DNA of 64,000 bases from a virus (Duplodnaviria; Caudoviricetes), in IMG/VR virus record IMGVR_UViG_3300020576_006124, positions 96,001-160,000 of that record. One strand, given 5' to 3'. A program made the translations under genes and the position numbers. Under the pieces are notes generated by a model, which had not been told where the DNA came from, made no database searches, and was given only the letters and a program-made list of their open reading frames with translations. This document shows, piece by piece, positions 47,373 through 55,402 of the stretch (position 1 is the stretch's first letter; each line of letters starts with the position of its first letter).

Positions 47373-48779
47373 TTAAAAATTCACTCCAAACTTAATCTCT
47401 AGTATTTCGTCATATACTGTGACTCGCATTTCAACTGAAAGGGTGGATTCAGCTACTATCGCAGAGCTGTTTATGTAGGTGATATCCTCTGGTAGATTGG
47501 ATTTTAACAAATCTCTTAGGCCCTCTTCTACAATTAAGTTTCTCCCAGAAGGTAGAGGGTTTCCTATGAAGCTATAGAGATAAGGTCCCGTTATTTGAGC
47601 AATCCTAGAGGCCGCCAACCTCTTAGTGGCATCTATGTTTCCACCATTTACCGTTTTGTACAAACAAGATCCTGAGTAGATCCTTCTTGTAGATGCATTT
47701 ACCCCGGCCTGATATAGTATATCGAGTTCCTCTTGAGAGAGATCTCTAACTAGTTCTGAATTTTTGAGGGGTAAGTTAGAAAGGCTTATCTGTCTATTTT
47801 GGGACAGATAAGAGAGAGAGGCCGCTTCTGCTAACGATCTTTCTATTTTAGCTTCATCTGTAGAGTAGATGTTGTTTCCAAAAAAGAACAGGGAGTCAGA
47901 CTTTACAGAATCTGAGTAGAATGTACCGGCCCAGGCAGAAACGTCAGTACCTATCTCACCCGCATTTAAGAAGAATGTAAGGGAGGGGTTCTCCTCTGCA
48001 AAAGTATCTACGACACTCTGGGCTGCCGCATTGGTTGCTCCTAGTATAACTACAACTTCCACATCAGGGGGAAAAGTAGATTCATTAAAACAGGTTGATA
48101 AAAGAGATGACGAAAAATCTCCATCAGTACCTCCCGACAAAGAGCCTGTAGCGTTGCTTAAACTGTTAGGAACCTCTGTACAATAGCATGGTATTACACC
48201 AATTTCTGCCAACTCGTTAGTCTCAGCCAAGAATTGTTGTTTTGAAGAATACGTTACTACAGTACTTGGGTAGTCTGGATCCATTCCATAAAAAGTAACG
48301 TTACTCCCTACAATGCTAATTTTAGAGTTATTGTATTTAACACCTGATGTTCTTGCAACAAAGGAGAATCCCCCAACAGTCAGTGTTGCAGGAACTCCTC
48401 CAAGACGAATACCGTAGGTTTTTATGCCTAGTCTTATACTTCTTTTTAGCGCAACGGCTAAATCTTCAACCCCATAATACGGAGTATAGCTTAACTCAAC
48501 TAGTTGGTCTTCCTGGTCCCCCCCAATCCATACAAAGGATAGAGTGTCCCCACTAGCATTTAGACTTTTAAAAAGAAGAACCCTCTCATACCCATTAACC
48601 TTATCATCTGGGGTAGCTAATGCTTTGGGGCTTAAAGTAACTGTAGTTGCTCCAGGAGAAAGGTACTTCTGAAAAGAATATTTAGTGTGTAAGAAGTCTT
48701 CTACATCTTCAATTGTGGAATATTCCCTTACTTGGTTATCCACACCGTCAGATGCAAGGCCTATAAAAAGAACAGACAT
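47373..48779 (-). CDS. Second, divergent sheath-like protein
   Basis: VLFIGLASDG, YGIRLGG, ARTSGVKYN, LSGGTDG and a sheath-type C-terminus parallel the main sheath. Confidence 0.7.
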   Translation of the reverse strand: MSVLFIGLASDGVDNQVREYSTIEDVEDFLHTKYSFQKYLSPGATTVTLSPKALATPDDKVNGYERVLLFKSLNASGDTLSFVWIGGDQEDQLVELSYTPYYGVEDLAVALKRSIRLGIKTYGIRLGGVPATLTVGGFSFVARTSGVKYNNSKISIVGSNVTFYGMDPDYPSTVVTYSSKQQFLAETNELAEIGVIPCYCTEVPNSLSNATGSLSGGTDGDFSSSLLSTCFNESTFPPDVEVVVILGATNAAAQSVVDTFAEENPSLTFFLNAGEIGTDVSAWAGTFYSDSVKSDSLFFFGNNIYSTDEAKIERSLAEAASLSYLSQNRQISLSNLPLKNSELVRDLSQEELDILYQAGVNASTRRIYSGSCLYKTVNGGNIDATKRLAASRIAQITGPYLYSFIGNPLPSGRNLIVEEGLRDLLKSNLPEDITYINSSAIVAESTLSVEMRVTVYDEILEIKFGVNF

Positions 48780-49316
48780 TTAAACCCCTTTGTAGCTTAC
48801 TATTTTGTAGTTCCTGGTAATAGCTTTTCTTGCTGTAAGATTATCTCCATCTAGAGCCTTGATATTATACTTACCCAAAGTATCGTCTCTCATTTGAGGA
48901 CCTTGAGAGTCTATTACCTCAAAAACTTCTCTAATAGGTCCCACTTCGTATTTTCCATTTCTCAAGGAAATCACGCAATCCACAATTAAATCCCCACCCT
49001 TTATCCCCGCTGATAAAGGAAAGTGTGCCATTATATTGTAGTTTAGTAGATTACCTGGGGTTTCGTTATTTAGGTATTGAGAGGGATTAGTGAAATCATC
49101 TATCCTACCTTTTGAGGCGTAAGCAGAGTTCCTAACCCCTAAACCCTTGCAAAGCTCACATTGCAAGTCCTGGAATTTCTTGGACCTACTGTAACTGTCA
49201 AAATGCTTTGGACAAGCAAAATTGGAATCCATACTTACTATTAGAAATACTTTTGCCCACTTGTCTATTTCTCTTTCTAAAATTTCTTTCGGGTTCATTA
49301 GAATCCTGTATTCCAT
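48780..49316 (-). CDS. Putative head closure/neck protein with a Zn motif
   Basis: CPKH...CELCKGLG; follows the adaptor gene. Confidence 0.55.
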   Translation of the reverse strand: MEYRILMNPKEILEREIDKWAKVFLIVSMDSNFACPKHFDSYSRSKKFQDLQCELCKGLGVRNSAYASKGRIDDFTNPSQYLNNETPGNLLNYNIMAHFPLSAGIKGGDLIVDCVISLRNGKYEVGPIREVFEVIDSQGPQMRDDTLGKYNIKALDGDNLTARKAITRNYKIVSYKGV

Positions 49317-50842
49317 CCTTGACCATAGTAGGTCTGATTTTCTGTACTATATGGAAGCTTTGTAGTAAATGGGAACCACTCTCTAACACCGTAATCGGAG
49401 GGTTTGAAGTTCCCATATAGGCTCCCCACAGTAGCACCTAGTTGGGGGGGAGAAAGGTTATTTAGAATTGAGTTCGTAGCCACTATTCTTTCCTCATCTG
49501 CCCTAGCTTTTAGGTCCTGTAGAGCCTTTAAGAGGTCATCTGTGACCTCTACACTATATTGCCCTACCTTAATAGAGGTCCCTATACTGAGGACGCTTTT
49601 ATAGATTAAAGAATCCACATAAAAACACTTAGCAAAGGCATGAGCCAGCCTAAAGAAATCAAAACTAGTTGGGTCGGTTGCAGCTACTACGTCTGATAGA
49701 CTGGCAGTGTAGTCAATATTTTCATTAGCTACCAACCAGAATTGCTTAGCTAAAAGAGATCCTTTGTAAGATGTTTTTATTAGATCTGAGTTGGTGAAGT
49801 TGACCCCTGTTGGGAACTCAGACTTCATGGTTTCTATGTCTACATAGAAGGGATTAGGTTTTGTGAAGAAGTTATACGTGGAGGTCTCCCCTAGTGTGTA
49901 AGAGTCTCCAGTTACTGGTAGGCTAGAAGAGACGGTAATTGAATATTCTGTGGTGTCAGAGATAGCAGTATTAAAAGTAATTGTTATTGTATTTGTTGAG
50001 GCTACAATAGTTACGTCTGCTGCCGTAAAAAACGGGGCCGTAGAGTACAGCTGATAACTCTTTTGTTTAACGGTAACATAATCCTCAGCAGAGGTCCCTA
50101 AGTTCTTACTAAAAGTAAGGGTCATCTCTGTCGGGTACTCTGAAAGAATCTCGTCTGTATCTGGAATGGTGGTAGATTCTATATAAAAAAGGGAGTCTAG
50201 AGTGTTATACTCGGACCCTCCACCTGCGGCTGTATAGTTAAACTGGAAAACTTCCGACCAGCCCCCAACACCCGAACCGTCTTTAGCTCTCACCCTCCAG
50301 CAATAGGTTTTGTTTAAAACGGGGGTAAATGTTGGGGTGTAAGTTTCTGTGGTCGGGGAGCTAGAAGAGACAACGGAACTAAAGTCCAAAGTGTCAGACA
50401 GCTCAAAATCGTATGCTGTAGCTCCTACAACATCTTCCCAATTGAAAGTAATAGGGGTATCTACTACATAGGTTGCGTCCGGGGGAACTAGTAGTGTGGG
50501 TGAAGTAAGGCTAGCAGGACTCGTTTTAAAATAGAATGCGTAAGTCTTAGTAGTTTTTCTTCCAATAGTGTCTTGGACCCCTGATAAAATACTTACTAAG
50601 TAGTTGTTGTCTGGTAATAGGCTGGCAGTGGGAGTAAGAATGGTATTCTTTAGATCCGTCGCATCTATAGTTACAGCAATAGGGGTGTTTGTCTGGGCAT
50701 CAAAAAGCTTTACAAGTCCTACAACAGTAGAAAACTGAGTTTCTTCCATATCCTGAGACCAGGATATTGTTATGTTAGGAAGAAGAGTAGAACTTAGCTC
50801 CGATGGGCTAAAATCTATGACTTTGGGAATGTTGTTAGCCAT
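49298..50842 (-). CDS. Head-tail adaptor-like protein with N-terminal Ig-like (Big_5) and Fn3-like domains
   Basis: PKVIDFSP...ITISWS...LTPTASLLPDNNY; FNWEDV.GATAY...YCWRVRA; helical C-terminus; follows the major capsid gene. Confidence 0.6.
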   Translation of the reverse strand: MANNIPKVIDFSPSELSSTLLPNITISWSQDMEETQFSTVVGLVKLFDAQTNTPIAVTIDATDLKNTILTPTASLLPDNNYLVSILSGVQDTIGRKTTKTYAFYFKTSPASLTSPTLLVPPDATYVVDTPITFNWEDVVGATAYDFELSDTLDFSSVVSSSSPTTETYTPTFTPVLNKTYCWRVRAKDGSGVGGWSEVFQFNYTAAGGGSEYNTLDSLFYIESTTIPDTDEILSEYPTEMTLTFSKNLGTSAEDYVTVKQKSYQLYSTAPFFTAADVTIVASTNTITITFNTAISDTTEYSITVSSSLPVTGDSYTLGETSTYNFFTKPNPFYVDIETMKSEFPTGVNFTNSDLIKTSYKGSLLAKQFWLVANENIDYTASLSDVVAATDPTSFDFFRLAHAFAKCFYVDSLIYKSVLSIGTSIKVGQYSVEVTDDLLKALQDLKARADEERIVATNSILNNLSPPQLGATVGSLYGNFKPSDYGVREWFPFTTKLPYSTENQTYYGQGWNTGF

Positions 50843-50846
50843 CTAT

Positions 50847-50858
50847 ATAAATAGAGTC
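50847..50858 (-). promoter_or_regulatory. Putative late promoter motif GACTCTATTTAT (possibly giving a leaderless transcript)
   Basis: GACTCTAT lies only 8 nt from the ATG at 50842, with no SD between them. Confidence 0.6.
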
Positions 50859-50860
50859 AC

Positions 50861-50890
50861 AAAAAGAAGGGGACCCCTTTCGGAGTCCCC
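50861..50890 (-). terminator. Intrinsic terminator after the major capsid gene
   Basis: GGGGACTCC-GAAA-GGGGTCCCC followed by TTCTTTTT (GNRA loop). Confidence 0.9.
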
Positions 50891-50917
50891 GACCACAGAA
50901 TGAGCAACCAAATAATC

Positions 50918-52111
50918 TTAGGCAGGCATTGATCGAACAGAGTAGACAGGGGCTCGGTTGGGGGCAATAACCACTCCAACAGTCTTAGCAACACCAGCAC
51001 CCTTGTCCTTCAAGATAGCCTTGGTCTCTCGCTTAACCTTAAGACCTCGACCGTCTCGCCAGAATTCAGCTTCCTCAGCCATTTCCAGTGATCCCTTCTC
51101 AGCCAATGCAATGGAATCTTCCTTGCTAAGTGCGTAGATATCAGTATAACTAGCACCAGAGAAGTCTCCACCCTTGCTGTATCGCATGGGAGCATAGGGG
51201 ACGTATTGAATGCCAAAAGGCATGTTCATCGACTGGTCGAATCCGGGAGCCGCACTCCAGATACTATTACCAATCTGTCCACCGTGCATGAAGGTAGCTC
51301 TCATAAACGGATCAGATGCAAAGATCGCCCAACCCATCGGATGAGTTAGAACGTGAGTCACGTTCTTCTCAAACGACATGGGGATAGCAACCAGGTCCAC
51401 CAAGTCCTCATAGCTAAACGTTCCATTAGCCGTATCCGAGCTGTCAACACCCTTGGTGGCGTAGCCGGAACCAGTGCTGTTTCCAGTGGAGTTGTCAGCC
51501 GCAACGTTATAAGTGCCTGTAAGGGCCGTATAGCAGTTGCTTTCAACAAGTCGGTTAACAGCGTTAGCACACTTCTTCATCAGAAGAGCAGCCGTATTGA
51601 GGTTTCTATTGTCAAGAGCCTCATCAGGAAGGATGTAGCCGATTCCCTGCTTTCCAACTCGAATAGCACCCGTTCCTTCCATGAGAGCCATATTAGCCAT
51701 CTGGTACTCTTGACCAGGAGCCATCTCAGTAGCAACGAATGCTGACGAGTCAAGCAACTCAAGGGTCTGGGTGTTTGACACCATAGGAACCTTCTCAGCA
51801 ATGTTCTCAGAAAGGAACAGTGCAGGCTCCTTCTCAGTAACGAGAACCCGAGTAACTACTTCTCGGATAATTCCGTCCAGCTGAGAAGCTGAAACCATGT
51901 CCTTGATAGACAGGTCAAGACTTCCCTTCCCAGAGAAGGCATCAAAAATCTTGTTGGAAAGGAGCTTTCGTTCCGAAGAATACGCTTCTAAATCGGAAAG
52001 AGTTGCGTCCTCTGCTGACTTACCCGCTCTTGTTAAGAATTCGGAGAAGTCAGGATTCTTCTGCATTCTCTCTCGGGCTTTATCTTTAATTGTATCGAGT
52101 AATGATTTCAT
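50918..52111 (-). CDS. Major capsid protein (HK97 fold inferred)
   Basis: 397 aa; follows protease and decoration genes; has its own motif, RBS and terminator; strong codon bias; EMAPGQEY...VGKQG and VLTHPMGW patterns. Confidence 0.82.
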   Translation of the reverse strand: MKSLLDTIKDKARERMQKNPDFSEFLTRAGKSAEDATLSDLEAYSSERKLLSNKIFDAFSGKGSLDLSIKDMVSASQLDGIIREVVTRVLVTEKEPALFLSENIAEKVPMVSNTQTLELLDSSAFVATEMAPGQEYQMANMALMEGTGAIRVGKQGIGYILPDEALDNRNLNTAALLMKKCANAVNRLVESNCYTALTGTYNVAADNSTGNSTGSGYATKGVDSSDTANGTFSYEDLVDLVAIPMSFEKNVTHVLTHPMGWAIFASDPFMRATFMHGGQIGNSIWSAAPGFDQSMNMPFGIQYVPYAPMRYSKGGDFSGASYTDIYALSKEDSIALAEKGSLEMAEEAEFWRDGRGLKVKRETKAILKDKGAGVAKTVGVVIAPNRAPVYSVRSMPA

Positions 52112-52123
52112 TTCTTCCTATTC

Positions 52124-52135
52124 TTATATAGAGTC
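52124..52135 (-). promoter_or_regulatory. Putative late promoter motif GACTCTATATAA
   Basis: Upstream of the capsid RBS (AGGAAG) and ATG. Confidence 0.65.
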
Positions 52136-52140
52136 AGGCT

Positions 52141-52171
52141 TGAGAGGAGGAGTGTTTAGTTCCTCCTCTCA
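52141..52171. other. Perfect 11-bp hairpin between the decoration and capsid genes
   Basis: TGAGAGGAGGA-N9-TCCTCCTCTCA; no U-tract on the coding strand. Confidence 0.75.
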
Positions 52172-52178
52172 CTTTTCC

Positions 52179-53534
52179 TTAGTTAGCCCAGAAGATCAGT
52201 TCTCCTGAGACCCCAGAAGCGTTCAGGTGAGCGGGGGTACCTGCACCTGTTCCAGAAATTGCACCATCGGTCAAACCAATCTGACCGGGAGCAAAGTTGG
52301 GAGTGAATGGACTCGTGATCTGCTTGTAGGTGATTCGAGCAGCAGTAATCGTCAGAGCAGACGAGAACTGAACTCGACCTTCAACCCAGTCAACACTGTG
52401 ATACTTGCCGATCAATCCGCTGTGGACCGTCTGATATCGAGTATCGTTAGCATTCGGCAGGGTGTACCAATCCGAGGCAGAGTACGAAGTAACCGTACCA
52501 CCATCGTTCACAGTACCCTGAATCTCAATCGTAACGGCTGAACGAGGATCAATGACAACGTTCTTGCTTGACTGAAGAACGTAACCGGCGCCACCAGAAA
52601 CCGTAAAGGTCACAGCAGAGCGATCGGCCGTAGTCATAGCAACCATGTCCCCGAACAACTCAGAGAGAGGCCCCTCGTAAGAACCTGTCTTCACATAGGG
52701 GAATAGCTTATCATATTCCCTAACGTTGGACAACGGATTGATTCGGACTAGCTCTCCGCCAATCTGATCGGCATCCTGGCCGTAAGTGAACCAGACCTCC
52801 TGGGCGGTTGTACCACTGTACTTCCAAAGGTTGGTCGAAGTATTCCAAACCAGGTTCGAAGCGTTGGTCGCAGATACTGCGGAACCCGCGTTGTTCTTAA
52901 CACCAACGATCTGAGGAAGAACACCAGCGAGGTTAGCACCAGTCAGGTCAATGTTAGTGGAGTTAGAACCGTTATTGACGTAGTAGGTCGCTTGCGGCTT
53001 AAACTTAACCTGAGCACCTCGAAGAGCAAACTGCTGATTCGAGAGAGAAGCAGTGTAAGCCGTGTCTGCGGTCAGTCGAGTAACGGCACCAGCGTGAGCC
53101 GTAAGTCGATCACCAGCAGCAAGAGTACCATAAGCATCGCTGATAGCTGCAACATATGCGACAGAGCACTGTGCATTCTTAACAACAACAGCATCGGGCA
53201 TCGTGTGAGCGCCAGAACTGTCTTGGGCAGGCTTCGCCATATTCTGATGAGCAACACCCATAGGCTTAACGGTAAGACCGTTTGCCGTAGTAATAGGAGT
53301 TCCTCTGTCGGTTGCCGAGTTTGCGAGGGCAGTGTTGCCCTTTCCAATTCCGACAAATCGACCACTCAGGATTGCGAGAGCACCAGTCGGGCCGTAGGTT
53401 GCCTGAGCAACCTGGGGCAGTGTGGGATCTACGAAATAGTGTCCGACAAGTGTCTGAGCAGAGGGGTTAACTGCAGCAGTACCCGTCCACACGACTTCTC
53501 GTAACTTTTCACCTGTGATAATGTAACTACTCAT
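52179..53534 (-). CDS. Putative capsid decoration/cement protein
   Basis: 451 aa; between protease and capsid genes; same codon bias as the capsid gene. Confidence 0.6.
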   Translation of the reverse strand: MSSYIITGEKLREVVWTGTAAVNPSAQTLVGHYFVDPTLPQVAQATYGPTGALAILSGRFVGIGKGNTALANSATDRGTPITTANGLTVKPMGVAHQNMAKPAQDSSGAHTMPDAVVVKNAQCSVAYVAAISDAYGTLAAGDRLTAHAGAVTRLTADTAYTASLSNQQFALRGAQVKFKPQATYYVNNGSNSTNIDLTGANLAGVLPQIVGVKNNAGSAVSATNASNLVWNTSTNLWKYSGTTAQEVWFTYGQDADQIGGELVRINPLSNVREYDKLFPYVKTGSYEGPLSELFGDMVAMTTADRSAVTFTVSGGAGYVLQSSKNVVIDPRSAVTIEIQGTVNDGGTVTSYSASDWYTLPNANDTRYQTVHSGLIGKYHSVDWVEGRVQFSSALTITAARITYKQITSPFTPNFAPGQIGLTDGAISGTGAGTPAHLNASGVSGELIFWAN

Positions 53535-53586
53535 TTTTTATTATTTTCTCGGCAACTATATCTACTAGAGGTTAATTACTGTCAAA

Positions 53587-53598
53587 TATAATAGAGTT
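53587..53598 (-). promoter_or_regulatory. Putative late promoter motif AACTCTATTATA
   Basis: Recurrent motif upstream of the decoration gene. Confidence 0.6.
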
Positions 53599-53602
53599 CT
53601 GT

Positions 53603-54442
53603 TTAAAACCCTAAAACTTTAAAAGCATCCTCCTGAGATAGCTCGTGGTTTGCAGACGTTCCGCCAGTATCTGAGTCCTCAACAGAGGATACGGAAGTTG
53701 GGGAGGTTACGGTCTGGGTACTGTCCTCACTCTCTACCTTTTTATGGTTTCGAATAAGCTTTGATAGGGTGGAGCTAGAGAGTATTGAGTATCTCTTTGC
53801 GTCCTCCTCAAAATCCGACACGTCTAAGTTAACACTTTTAACTACAGAGTAAAGCGAAGCTAGAAGAGTTCTTGTGTCTTTGGGATCTAGATTAACGAAA
53901 TTGTCTACCAAATCAAAGACCGAAAGAGAAAGAGTTTTACTATTTTCCAAATCTTCGATTGAAAGAGTAGACTTATCTTTTGTATCTCGGGCTTGAATTA
54001 GGGAGCTAACAGTAGAGTCAAGGGTCTTAATCTGATCTTCTGACAGAAGGGGTTTCAAGGATTCCACTTTAGCGAGACCCTCTTCATCCAGTTTAATGGT
54101 CATGTCTGCGATTTGCAAGAAGCTATCAGTAGTGATTGATACTAATGCCAGCTTCTTGTCAAGGGCCTCTAGGTGCTCTCCCATAGTTTCGGTCAGAGAG
54201 AGTAAGGTATCCACTGTGAGAGTGCCCTCTTCTAGAAGCAAATGGACAGCCTCTCTCTCAGCGTCTGAGAGACTTGATTCTAGCAGTTTAGAGAGACCCA
54301 CTACTCTGGTCCCGTCTAAAAGAACCAAAGATTTATACGGAAAGTCCACATGTGCAGTATCCTCAGCACCGGTCTCTGTGCCTTCAGGTGCATTATCCTC
54401 TGGAGTTGTATTTAAAATGTCTTCTGGTTTCTGTTTGGCCAT
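53603..54442 (-). CDS. Predicted nested in-frame scaffold protein (279 aa, from Met321)
   Basis: Internal GACTCTATTA at 54484-54493, then AGGA-7nt-ATG (MAKQKPED...). Confidence 0.6.
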   Translation of the reverse strand: MAKQKPEDILNTTPEDNAPEGTETGAEDTAHVDFPYKSLVLLDGTRVVGLSKLLESSLSDAEREAVHLLLEEGTLTVDTLLSLTETMGEHLEALDKKLALVSITTDSFLQIADMTIKLDEEGLAKVESLKPLLSEDQIKTLDSTVSSLIQARDTKDKSTLSIEDLENSKTLSLSVFDLVDNFVNLDPKDTRTLLASLYSVVKSVNLDVSDFEEDAKRYSILSSSTLSKLIRNHKKVESEDSTQTVTSPTSVSSVEDSDTGGTSANHELSQEDAFKVLGF

Positions 54443-55402
54443 ATTTCTGTCCTGAAGAATTACAAAACTCTGTTTCGTGCTTTTAATAGAGTCGGTAATT
54501 CCGATTAATCCACAAACTTCTTTTACTTTTTCTTTAGTAGCAATGTCAAAAAAGCCATAAGAATCTTTAGACCCTGTAATTTTCTCCGCTACTAACAATC
54601 TTGAGTCAACCTCTTCTCTCCCTATATCCCCACTAAGGGTATACGCGGAAGTGTCTGCGGGGGTGTTTACGTAAGATAGCTCCTTGAATTGAATCCCACT
54701 ATAGATTAAATAGGACAAGTGTTCTTTTTTGTCTACGGTGTATGTTTTACCTGTTTCATATGGAGGAAATTCATCCCACATCTCTTTTTTGTAGAGATCT
54801 ACTAAGTCCAGCCCACTGATACTCTCAAAAACTTGAGCGGAACGAGCCCCTATAGATACGGTATGATATCTTCCTCCAAGGACCTTTTCTATCTCTGCAT
54901 CACCAGTAATAGCAGCAACTACCGATATATGCCCAGACCCATTAGCAAAACCTGGGTACAAGGAATCTTTACAAGGTATTCTTTCGCTTTTTGGCCTTTT
55001 AATGAAGGACGAAGAGATTATTCTCCCACAGGGCTCATCGGCACTAGTCCCGAACCAGCTATCACCGGAACGATGCTCGGTAATAACTGGGCAATTGTAG
55101 GGATAAATAAAGGACTGATGGCCCGTAGTGTCTTCAGGGTAAGAAGGATCATAAGAACCTTCCAACTCGCTGGCCGGGTAGTATCTGTAATTTAAGTTTA
55201 GTTTGTCACTATGACAAACTCTGATTTCAGGGTAGACAGCTTTGACGTCTTTCTCTGAAATCTCTGATAATATACTATCTTTGACTAGAGCATTTTCACT
55301 ATCCCGAGAGTTATTAATCATTACTGAGTAGGAGTCAAAAATTGCTCCACCCGAACTCCCAGCCTGAAACCCTAGTATTTCTTGGATTTTCTTCTTATCC
55401 AT
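53603..55402 (-). CDS. Prohead protease with a C-terminal scaffold region
   Basis: NLNYRYYP, PVITEH, GRI, YHTVSIG, ELSYVNTPAD; acidic helical C-terminal half. Confidence 0.82.
   Translation of the reverse strand: MDKKKIQEILGFQAGSSGGAIFDSYSVMINNSRDSENALVKDSILSEISEKDVKAVYPEIRVCHSDKLNLNYRYYPASELEGSYDPSYPEDTTGHQSFIYPYNCPVITEHRSGDSWFGTSADEPCGRIISSSFIKRPKSERIPCKDSLYPGFANGSGHISVVAAITGDAEIEKVLGGRYHTVSIGARSAQVFESISGLDLVDLYKKEMWDEFPPYETGKTYTVDKKEHLSYLIYSGIQFKELSYVNTPADTSAYTLSGDIGREEVDSRLLVAEKITGSKDSYGFFDIATKEKVKEVCGLIGITDSIKSTKQSFVILQDRNMAKQKPEDILNTTPEDNAPEGTETGAEDTAHVDFPYKSLVLLDGTRVVGLSKLLESSLSDAEREAVHLLLEEGTLTVDTLLSLTETMGEHLEALDKKLALVSITTDSFLQIADMTIKLDEEGLAKVESLKPLLSEDQIKTLDSTVSSLIQARDTKDKSTLSIEDLENSKTLSLSVFDLVDNFVNLDPKDTRTLLASLYSVVKSVNLDVSDFEEDAKRYSILSSSTLSKLIRNHKKVESEDSTQTVTSPTSVSSVEDSDTGGTSANHELSQEDAFKVLGF

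Noticed and set aside
53555-53585. Sigma70-like TTGACA...TATAGT upstream of the decoration gene
   Set aside because: The 19-nt spacer is suboptimal, it is a single instance, and the phage motif next to it already explains the site.
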